Shown here one piece after another: positions 18,708 through 26,080 of a stretch of 58,373 nucleotides of DNA. A program made the translations under genes and the position numbers. Origin of the DNA: an uncultured Alphaproteobacteria bacterium (GTDB taxonomy: Bacteria; Pseudomonadota; Alphaproteobacteria; UBA7879; UBA5542); NCBI GenBank assembly GCA_903912365.1, contig CAIWGV010000035.1:1-58373 (forward strand). The letters are read 5' to 3'. Numbering within the stretch: the stretch's first letter is position 1; each line of letters begins with the position of its first letter. The notes under the pieces were generated by a model. The model searched no databases, was not told the DNA's origin, and saw only the letters and a list, made by a program, of their open reading frames with translations.

Positions 18708-19517
18708 ATGATAACTGGACAATATCAGTCATTATGTATAGGGATATGTAAATTGAAAAAGTTGGCGCTTATTTTTGGAATTCTTTTAGGAAGCAATCTA
18801 TTTGCTGCAGCCGATTCTGATTCTATCAAGGACATTAGAACTGCCGTTAAGTCTTTAGAAACAGGAGCATCTTTCTCGTTTTACGATCTCCATCTGTCCG
18901 ATCAGGAGTTAAAAGACCTACAGTCCCTCCAGATAAAAACTGCGGATCAGTATGATAATTTTGGAAAGATTGATGCTTTTCCTCAAGAATTAAGAGCTTT
19001 TCTTAAGAAAGTCGGACCCAATGAAGAAGGTGCCATAGAAAAAGCCTCTAAGATTATCGAAAGAATGGTATCTCAGTTAGTCGTCGCTTCAGGACAAGAA
19101 GCAGCGCACATATGCATGAGGGCAACGGTCCCAAGCCCCGCTTTCGATACGCTCCGTTGGCATGTGGATGGGTATTACTATGAACCTCGCACACATCAGT
19201 ACAAGTTTGTTGTTTCTCTTAAGGGACCTCCAACTCTGTTTTATAAGCCCTCCCTTTCTACCAGAGAAAAATTTCTAACCCTTCTCAATGAAGATATTTC
19301 TTACCAAATGGATGCAAAGAAGCGACAAATTCTGGCAGATCTTCTGAATGATCCTTCCCAACGTTTCCAGGCAGAATCCACTCAAGGAAGCGCTTTCGTT
19401 GTGGGAGATGAAGCCGTTGCGGCCGTGCATTCAGAACCTCCTATGCCTGTTGAGAGGCTTTTTATTTCTGTTATCCCTGGAACCAAAGAGCAAATTGCTG
19501 AGTGGCAGAGGCGTTAA
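18708..19517 (+). CDS. hypothetical secreted protein with HxD...H motif
   Basis: 269 aa. Hydrophobic N-terminus (LALIFGILLGSNLFAAA). RWHVDG and AAVHSEPP resemble a 2-His-1-carboxylate facial triad. Family not recognised. Confidence 0.5.
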   Translation: MITGQYQSLCIGICKLKKLALIFGILLGSNLFAAADSDSIKDIRTAVKSLETGASFSFYDLHLSDQELKDLQSLQIKTADQYDNFGKIDAFPQELRAFLKKVGPNEEGAIEKASKIIERMVSQLVVASGQEAAHICMRATVPSPAFDTLRWHVDGYYYEPRTHQYKFVVSLKGPPTLFYKPSLSTREKFLTLLNEDISYQMDAKKRQILADLLNDPSQRFQAESTQGSAFVVGDEAVAAVHSEPPMPVERLFISVIPGTKEQIAEWQRR

Positions 19518-19518
19518 A

Positions 19519-19536
19519 TAGAATTTACAAATTCTA
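19519..19536 (+). terminator. AT-rich hairpin after the 18708-19517 gene
   Basis: TAGAATTT-AC-AAATTCTA is a perfect 8-bp stem starting 2 nt after the stop. It has only a weak T-tract (acctctttt). Confidence 0.3.
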
Positions 19537-19642
19537 ACCTCTTTTAATCAATATTAATTGACATTAATGGAGAATCTCTTTTATCTTCTCTCTTAAATTA
19601 ATCGAAATAGATTCGAGTATAAGAAAGAGGGGCAATTTCATC

Positions 19643-20650
19643 ATGTATCACGGCATTCCAGAAGGGTATTATTCTTTAACTGAAGCTTTCCATTTCATGG
19701 GTGAAGATACGTTTAATTTTATGAATTGGGATAACTTTCGCTGGCGCGATATAGCCGATGCATGCACGAAATACCAAATCCTTCATGAAATGACCCCTCA
19801 CTGCTATAAAGATATAGGCGAACAGCTATCTATTTTTCTAGACCCCGTTGAGTGCTATGCAGACTATAGAGCGTACATCACTTTTACTGCTGTAGAAGCT
19901 ACTTTGTGTGATTTAAGAGCAGAAAATTATGCTCGCGGCCAGCGTAATTGGCAGATAGGAGAGCTTATAGGCTCTGCCAAGCCCCCGCAAGATTTAGAAA
20001 AATTTATGAAATATGTTTTCAGATTTCTGTTGGTGGCCAAAAAACTCTCTCATATGTTAAAAAGAAATGCATCCTTTTCTGTTTCTATCCAAGATAAAAG
20101 AACAGAGCACATACGAGAAATTCCTAAAGAATGGTGGGAATCTTCCGATGGATCGGAAGGCAACCAATTTACCTATGATTTTTTTACAGGGTTTGGATCT
20201 TGTCTTTTTTATAAGAATACAATAGCGGAACCTTACAAGGGTTTCCTACTTATCGAGAAAAAAGCCTTTGAAAATTATCGTAGAGGAGACCTTTCACAAT
20301 CTTCTCCTTTGCAAAAGCGTGAACTAGCACGTAATTTACTCAATGAAGTAGGTGTCCTGAGAAAGAAATTGAGCGGACAAGATAATGAACCTGAGTCTTG
20401 GCCTTCTGCCTACACTACTCCTGAAATTGAAGCCTTAAAGCGTGTTCTGAATAACTATGGGATTAGTGAGGAGAATCAGCCTATTGTTAAAACGGCTATG
20501 GGATATTTTCAGAAAGAATGTCCTGGAATGTCTGATAATTTAGCCCATGCTTTGGCAACTGTTATCAGAACATCTAAAGTCAAGAAAGGAGGATTTCCTG
20601 GATCTCCTTTGTTTCAGGATCATAAACCCATAAAAGTTTCAGAAAAATGA
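19643..20650 (+). CDS. hypothetical protein
   Basis: 335-aa ORF preceded by AAGAGGGG. No motif recognised. Confidence 0.5.
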   Translation: MYHGIPEGYYSLTEAFHFMGEDTFNFMNWDNFRWRDIADACTKYQILHEMTPHCYKDIGEQLSIFLDPVECYADYRAYITFTAVEATLCDLRAENYARGQRNWQIGELIGSAKPPQDLEKFMKYVFRFLLVAKKLSHMLKRNASFSVSIQDKRTEHIREIPKEWWESSDGSEGNQFTYDFFTGFGSCLFYKNTIAEPYKGFLLIEKKAFENYRRGDLSQSSPLQKRELARNLLNEVGVLRKKLSGQDNEPESWPSAYTTPEIEALKRVLNNYGISEENQPIVKTAMGYFQKECPGMSDNLAHALATVIRTSKVKKGGFPGSPLFQDHKPIKVSEK

Positions 20651-20877
20651 GAAGATTTATACCACTTTAACCCCTTGAAGGGCTTTCCTTAAAAAAATAA
20701 ATTTCTAGAGAGCCGTCGAACCTCTTAAACCATTGCCTGTATTGTGTTAGATATGATTGTTGAGAGGGGTTGAACCCCTTCTCAAAAAGAGCCATCGACC
20801 CAATATCGGGGTTTTCTCTTATTTATTTTTATCCTACGCTTTCCTTCATTGATTAACATTTATGAAATGAGGAAAAA

Positions 20878-21084
20878 ATGAAAGAATTACGATTTAACGA
20901 CAAACTACTGAATCGCCGAGAAGCGGCAGAGCTTTTGGGCACAACGGAGGGGACTCTTGCGGTTTGGACCTGCAACAAGCGGTACAACCTGCCCGTGGTG
21001 AAGGTGGGACGGCTGGTGAAGTACAAGCTCTCGGATCTGATCACCTTTATCGATAATCGCACGGTTTATGGACGGGAGGCGTAA
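20878..21084 (+). CDS. AlpA/excisionase-family HTH DNA-binding protein
   Basis: 68 aa. LLNRREAAELLGTTEGTLAVWTCNKRYNLPVVKVGRLVKYKLSDLITFI matches the MerR-like excisionase/AlpA fold pattern. GAGGAAAAA upstream. The stop abuts the next ATG. Confidence 0.75.
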   Translation: MKELRFNDKLLNRREAAELLGTTEGTLAVWTCNKRYNLPVVKVGRLVKYKLSDLITFIDNRTVYGREA

Positions 21085-22095
21085 ATGGAGCAGAAAAGAG
21101 AAAAGCCCGCTGCTGTCACAGACGGGCCCTATAATCTAAATCGCCCTCAGAATATCGTATCCTTCCCTGAAAATCAATCGAAGATTGTGACGTTGAAGGC
21201 GTTTCTGGCGCATCCCTGGCCCCCACGACAATTGATCTTGGCTCCGTGGCTTGCCACACAAAGCCTCAACATGATCTATTCCTGGCGAGGTGTGGGGAAA
21301 ACCCATGTGGCCTTGGGCATTGCCTATGCGGTGGCCTCGGGGAGTGAATTCCTAGGCTGGAAGGCGGATAAGCCAAGAGGTGTTTTGTATCTCGATGGGG
21401 AGATGCCGGGGAACGCCCTGTACGAAAGGTTAAGCGCCTTGACGAGCGGGGCACCAGACTTCCCTGAGGAAAACTTCCGGTTGCTCACCCCTGACCTTCA
21501 GAAAGGCTTTATGCCGGACTTGGCAACCTTCAAAGGACAACAGGAGATTGATCGGTTTATTCTGCCATCGACGGAGCTTATCATCGTGGATAATCTCTCG
21601 TGTCTACTGCGAGGCGATGGACGAGAGAACGAAGCAGAAAGCTGGATCAGCTGTGGCCAATGGGCTCTCGCCAAGCGGGCCCAAGGGAAAAGCATCATCT
21701 TCATCCACCATGCGGGCAAGAACGGGAACCAGAGAGGCACCTCCAAGCGGGAGGATATCCTTGATACGGTGATGGTGCTCAAACGTCCCAGCGATTATGA
21801 AGCCAGCGACGGTGCCCGGTTTGAGGTGCATTTTGAAAAGGCCCGGCATCTTTATGGAGAAAACGTGGAGCCTTTTGTGGCGAGCCTCACGCAGGAAGGG
21901 CCAACACAGTCCTGGGAGATGCTGCCCTTGGTGGAATCCAACAGGATTAAGGTGATTGATCTGTACAAAGAAGGATTGTCCATCAAGGACATTGTGGAAG
22001 AACTTGAGATCGATCGCAGTACTGTCTATAGGACCCTCAATAAAGCAGAATCGGAGGGTGAGATTAGAGCGCTGAAAGGGAGGAGAAAGGGGTGA
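21085..22095 (+). CDS. RepA-like AAA_25 (RecA-fold) ATPase with C-terminal HTH
   Basis: 336 aa. Walker A WRGVGKTH, Walker B LIIVDNLSCLL, IFIHHAGKNGNQRGTSKRED, and a C-terminal resolvase-type HTH (GLSIKDIVEELEIDRSTVYRTLNKA). TAA-ATG is coupled to the alpA-like gene. Confidence 0.75.
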   Translation: MEQKREKPAAVTDGPYNLNRPQNIVSFPENQSKIVTLKAFLAHPWPPRQLILAPWLATQSLNMIYSWRGVGKTHVALGIAYAVASGSEFLGWKADKPRGVLYLDGEMPGNALYERLSALTSGAPDFPEENFRLLTPDLQKGFMPDLATFKGQQEIDRFILPSTELIIVDNLSCLLRGDGRENEAESWISCGQWALAKRAQGKSIIFIHHAGKNGNQRGTSKREDILDTVMVLKRPSDYEASDGARFEVHFEKARHLYGENVEPFVASLTQEGPTQSWEMLPLVESNRIKVIDLYKEGLSIKDIVEELEIDRSTVYRTLNKAESEGEIRALKGRRKG

Positions 22096-22107
22096 AAACA
22101 CCCACTT

Positions 22108-22314
22108 TGTCGCATGTCGCATTCCCTAGGGCGTGCGACACGCGACAAACACCCCTCTTTTGTGCGACAGGGGATGCAACAAATTTGCGGCGTTTGTAGC
22201 TAGAACTCTTATAAGACATAAGTTTTACGCGCGACATCTCCTGCGACGCCTATGCGACAGACCTCTCCAAAACCGTGCGACAAATGGGGGTATTTTTTTG
22301 CATGTTTTGTCGCA
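22108..22314. repeat. iteron-like array of GCGACA/TGTCGC hexamers
   Basis: Nine perfect copies plus one GCGACG variant in ~210 bp. Two TGTCGC copies at 22108 and 22115; GCGACA at 22135, 22142, 22164, 22231, 22254 and 22277; one TGTCGC at 22308. The array sits immediately downstream of the RepA-like gene. Confidence 0.65.
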
Positions 22315-22389
22315 TGAAAAATGGCGTGTTTACGAAAGAGGATTTCAGGAGTTTTCTGACCTAAAATGTAGTTGATGTCTACACATATT

Positions 22390-24327
22390 CTAATCAGGCA
22401 AACTTTCTAAAAACTCTTTTATGCGAGGATGATAAAAGGAGAGATCATAGGCCTTAAGATAACTCTTGGTTTGAGGAGGAGAAGAAAAGCCTTTATTAAC
22501 CAGAAGTTTAAATATTTCTAACTTATCCCTATATAGGGCAATTTTAAGGAGAGTAGCTCCAATATTAACTTTATGTTCAGGAGAAGACGAGATAGCCTTT
22601 CCAAGATTTGTCTCATTACCAATCAAAAACTCAACCATTTTTAGGTATCCAAGCTCTACAGCGCATGTAAGAGCTTCGAGTTCAGAATTGTTCTGATCGA
22701 CTATGCTTGGGCTATGCTTTGCCAAAAGTTTCACCACATCTAAACGATCATACATAGCCGCCACCTCTAGAGGTGTTCTTCCTTTACTTTTTTTATTAAC
22801 ATGTGCTCCGTTGTCGACTAATATTTTAACGACCTCAGGGTTTCCAAAGCGCACGGCCACCATAAGGGGAAGAGGTGCAGAATTCATAATCTTAGGATTT
22901 TTTTTGATTAAAGACCTGATTTTTCCTACGTCTTGATTTTGAATTGCTTTTAGAAGAGGGTCTTTGAATGAGATTTCTTTTAACAAAAAGTCCACCACTG
23001 CAGGGTAAGCCACCCCTTCTTTAAAAGTTTCATCTATGGTAGGCAAGTCAATGTGGGCATTCTTTTCAACTAGAAATTTTATTATGTCCAAAGATCCGCG
23101 ATAAGCAGCTGCCATCAACGGCTTCTCTCCCCACTCAACATTAACCTTAGCCCCATTACCAACCAGGAATTTAACCACATCCAAATGATTGTATTTAATC
23201 GCTCCATCAAGAACGGTGGTACCAACAGAAGTAGCTTGATTCACATTAGCTCCATGTTGTACGAGGAACTTCACAACATCAAGATGCCCAAGATTGGATG
23301 CAAACATAAGGGCTGTATAATTGGTGCAACTGCTTATAGCCTTTGCTTCAGTATTTACCTTTGCTCCTTGCTCCACCAAAAATTTTACCATGTCTAGGCG
23401 ATTATAAATGGCAGCATACATTAACAAGGTCAGATCTTTTCTTTTTTTGGTTAAATCTGCTCCTTTTTTGACTAAGAATTCGACAGTTTCCCTATTTCCA
23501 AATCGAACGGCAATCATCAGAGGTGTAAAGCCAGAAAGGGGTTCAGAATTGACACAACTTGGATTTTTATTAACTAAGTCTTTAACTTTATCTACATTCC
23601 CTTCTTTTATAGCAGAAAAAAGAGGATCCTCAAAAACCATCTCTTTTTTTAGAAGAGTAGCCATTTCAGTGTATCCTTTTTCAACTGCGCTATCCACCTC
23701 AGTAAGCTGAGGATGTGCCCCATTTTCGATTAGGAGTGTAACCATAGAGAAACTATTTTTCTGTATGGCGGCGTCTAGTGCAGAAGAAACATAAAAAGCT
23801 TTGTATTGCTTATTAACGTCTGCTCCTTCTTTTATGAGAAATTTAACCATCTGTGTATCTTCAATTTCAATGGCTATTATTAATCCATCATTAGGATCAG
23901 CTCCATTTTTCACAAGAAATTCAACAACATTTTGGTGATGATTCCCTATAGTTCTAGGCAAAATCCTGCTATCTTTACAAGAAGCTCCCCGCTCTAGGAG
24001 AAATTTTACTACCTCCAAATGTCCATTGGAGGCCGCATCCACTATAGGAGCAATACCATATAGGTTCTCTTTTTTAACATCAGCTCCCTTTGCAACTAAA
24101 AATTTTAGTAAGGATAAATCTCCGGCTTCTGCCGCATAATGCAAAGGAGCCAACCCATTCTTTCTCCTAATATTCACGAGCTTGGGATCTTCTTTTATAA
24201 AAGCCTCTACCTGCTCAAGATTTCCCTTTTCAACAGCCTCCCAAAAACCTTTGGGCACTTTTGCGGAAACAAATAAAGGAACGAAACCTATTAGACATAG
24301 GACAGATAAAAATTTCTTGTATCTCAT
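22390..24327 (-). CDS. secreted ankyrin-repeat protein (~17 ANK repeats)
   Basis: 645 aa. Signal peptide MRYKKFLSVLCLIGFVPLFVSA. Reiterated 33-aa units with the G-TPL--A---G-L-VVKFLV--GA-VN consensus. Visibly A+T-rich relative to neighbours. Confidence 0.9.
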   Translation of the reverse strand: MRYKKFLSVLCLIGFVPLFVSAKVPKGFWEAVEKGNLEQVEAFIKEDPKLVNIRRKNGLAPLHYAAEAGDLSLLKFLVAKGADVKKENLYGIAPIVDAASNGHLEVVKFLLERGASCKDSRILPRTIGNHHQNVVEFLVKNGADPNDGLIIAIEIEDTQMVKFLIKEGADVNKQYKAFYVSSALDAAIQKNSFSMVTLLIENGAHPQLTEVDSAVEKGYTEMATLLKKEMVFEDPLFSAIKEGNVDKVKDLVNKNPSCVNSEPLSGFTPLMIAVRFGNRETVEFLVKKGADLTKKRKDLTLLMYAAIYNRLDMVKFLVEQGAKVNTEAKAISSCTNYTALMFASNLGHLDVVKFLVQHGANVNQATSVGTTVLDGAIKYNHLDVVKFLVGNGAKVNVEWGEKPLMAAAYRGSLDIIKFLVEKNAHIDLPTIDETFKEGVAYPAVVDFLLKEISFKDPLLKAIQNQDVGKIRSLIKKNPKIMNSAPLPLMVAVRFGNPEVVKILVDNGAHVNKKSKGRTPLEVAAMYDRLDVVKLLAKHSPSIVDQNNSELEALTCAVELGYLKMVEFLIGNETNLGKAISSSPEHKVNIGATLLKIALYRDKLEIFKLLVNKGFSSPPQTKSYLKAYDLSFYHPRIKEFLESLPD

Positions 24328-24375
24328 AGGTTCAGTCTAGCACAATTTCATCTACCAGGTAAAATTGGGAGTCCC

Positions 24376-24457
24376 GTTCCCCACACGTTCCGAGAAGTCC
24401 CTGCCCAGCTTAGCTATTTAAAATGCTGCTGGGAGGGCTGTGGAAATGTGGATAACT
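24376..24457 (+). repeat. ~82-bp palindromic repeat element, copy A
   Basis: GTTCCCCACACGTTCC...GGGCTGTGGAAATGTGGATAACT. The termini are imperfect inverted repeats of each other. Related copies at 25846-25927 (inverted) and 31289-31369. Confidence 0.8.
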
Positions 24458-24868
24458 GCACGCTCATTTTCGAGTTTGCATATTGCGTATGTTTTATAAA
24501 CGCCTCAATCTTAATTTTTCACCTCTCTCAATTTTCATTTTTTATCCCCTCCTCCCCGAGGGCTTTCCGCTCATTTGTAGGAAATTTTTCATCTCATTTT
24601 TCCCTCAAAATCCGCTCTTCACATTTCCCACTGAAACCCGCGTATTTCTGCAAAAACTGCAAACTCGGTTAGAGTTTGCGTATTGCGTATAAGAACTTCC
24701 CCCTCTTCCAAACTTTTTCCAACTTACAAATTCTATCTCCCAATAAGCTCTTCGCACCGATCTAAAAGGCCTCTCTGACCAACTGGAAGAGGAATACAAA
24801 AACTCAAGCAACATTCTCAGATTCAAAATGAAATAAGCGTGAAAAATTTATCGCAGGAGATATCTAAA

Positions 24869-25075
24869 ATGAAAAAGATACCGATTCCTTCACAACGCCA
24901 CCGATCCCCTCTCCTGCCTCTTGAAAATCAGCAAAACGATTTGGGATGGTTTTTAAGGAGATTCCAGAGTCTAAATTTTGAGACAAAAATATCCCCTAAA
25001 AACCTTGTATTTATTGAGTTTTTTGATGTTTTTTCCTTGATTTTTGGACTCAAAAAAGATACCATGAGAGAGTAG
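24869..25075 (+). CDS. small hypothetical protein (weak call)
   Basis: 68-aa ORF with AGGAGA 8 nt upstream of ATG 24869. It lies in an otherwise pyrimidine-rich, apparently degraded 0.85-kb spacer. No family recognised. Confidence 0.25.
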   Translation: MKKIPIPSQRHRSPLLPLENQQNDLGWFLRRFQSLNFETKISPKNLVFIEFFDVFSLIFGLKKDTMRE

Positions 25076-25172
25076 GGTTTGGAGGAATCCAGATTCATTT
25101 AATAGGCGTGAGACCCAGGTGTTTGTACCACCTAAGTCCCACTAATCACAACAAACCATTGGAGGGTTTATT

Positions 25173-25847
25173 ATGACTAAGTCGACTCTATCAGAAAATT
25201 CACACTTTGTGACCACCCATCGTTACAGAACGTCTCACAAACTGGGCATCCTGCTGGTAACCCTGGGCTGGAATAATACTAACCGAGGATTCTTCCTGAC
25301 TATCCATAAGGATGAGGAGGAAGAGGGAGGACTGCTATGGTCCCACCAGAATCAACAGAAGCCCTATCCCAAATCTCTGGGGTCATTTCTGGAGGTCTTG
25401 GAAGGGTTTGAGATCATGGTCCCCCAAGACATGATCACGCAAGTGAAAAAAGACAGAAAAGGAATCCGCAGCAAAATCACTTGGCATCTGGATGCCCCCT
25501 ACTCCCCTCAACACACAATGACCCATCATTATTTCCATACAGCTCACGAGGGTGTGCTCACGCATGTCCATATGGGGTGGAATAATTCCTTGGAGGGGTT
25601 CTATCTGATTATCGAGAAGGATGGATATGCGAAGGGACCCTTTTGGTCCAATCTTGATCGGCAGGATAAGCAGTTTCATTATCCTCAAACGTTGGACCTC
25701 TTTGTGATCGTATTGGAGAAGTTGAGAATCACTCTGCCTCCAGAGATGATCGAAGAGGTTCTCTCAGACAAAGGACGGAACAAAAACAAACTTGTTTTCC
25801 ACCACGTAGGGTCAGGAGAGTACACCCGTTGCTTGGTGTGGGAGTAG
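25173..25847 (+). CDS. hypothetical protein built from two tandem copies of a ~100-aa domain
   Basis: 224 aa. The two halves align: TTHRYRTSHKLGILLVTLGWNNTNRGFFLTIHKDEE...SLGSFLEVLEGFEIMVPQDMITQVKKDRKG versus MTHHYFHTAHEGVLTHVHMGWNNSLEGFYLIIEKDGY...TLDLFVIVLEKLRITLPPEMIEEVLSDKGR. GGAGGG upstream. Confidence 0.6.
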   Translation: MTKSTLSENSHFVTTHRYRTSHKLGILLVTLGWNNTNRGFFLTIHKDEEEEGGLLWSHQNQQKPYPKSLGSFLEVLEGFEIMVPQDMITQVKKDRKGIRSKITWHLDAPYSPQHTMTHHYFHTAHEGVLTHVHMGWNNSLEGFYLIIEKDGYAKGPFWSNLDRQDKQFHYPQTLDLFVIVLEKLRITLPPEMIEEVLSDKGRNKNKLVFHHVGSGEYTRCLVWE

Positions 25848-25927
25848 TTATCCACATTTCCACAGCCCTGGTGGCGGCTCCTTCATAGAGCATACGCCAC
25901 ACTGGGCTTGTGGAATTCGTGGGGAAC
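25846..25927 (-). repeat. ~82-bp palindromic repeat element, copy B (inverted relative to A and C)
   Basis: The reverse complement reads GTTCCCCACGAATTCCACAAGCCCAG...GGGCTGTGGAAATGTGGATAACT. It starts at the stop codon of the 25173-25847 gene. Confidence 0.8.
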
Positions 25928-26080
25928 TATAGAGAAATCAACCCGATCGGTATTATTTAGGTTCTTATTTACCCTAAATTACAACAATACACCCGATCGG
26001 GAGTTTTTCCTTCCATTTTCGAAGATATTTTATTTGACCCCAATTTAGGAAAAAACCCTCTAAAAAAGAGCCTGACAGTT

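Noticed and set aside
21604-22122. A 172-aa minus-strand ORF, plus ORFs at 21266-21454 and 21498-21782, inside the RepA-like gene.
   Set aside because: These are antisense ORFs in a G+C-richer segment, and no motifs were recognised. The plus-strand gene has Walker motifs and is translationally coupled to the alpA-like gene.
22108-22314. Whether the GCGACA array or the AGCCAAT array (27556-27670) could be a CRISPR array.
   Set aside because: The repeat units are only 6-9 bp, appear in mixed orientation and have irregular or very short spacers. No cas genes are present. The window contains no CRISPR.
22133-22375. An 80-aa ORF (MRHATNTPLLCDRGCNKF...) covering the GCGACA array.
   Set aside because: The reading frame is generated by the repeated hexamers, giving recurring CDR/ATN peptides. 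There is no RBS. It is better explained as non-coding iteron DNA.
24435-24457. Perfect DnaA-box sequence TGTGGATAA (TTATCCACA) at 24448-24456, 25847-25855 and 31360-31368, which could suggest a replication origin.
   Set aside because: Each box is part of the conserved terminus of the dispersed 82-bp palindromic element, inside a mobile island. There is no dnaA/dnaN context, no A+T-rich unwinding element and no box cluster. DnaA titration remains conceivable but is unsupported.
24839-24868. A GTG-initiated extension of the small ORF at 24869-25075, and the 73-aa minus-strand ORF at 24605-24826.
   Set aside because: The 24328-25172 spacer is pyrimidine-rich, full of repeats and lacks any recognisable domain. 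Only the ATG at 24869 has a plausible RBS, and even that call is weak.
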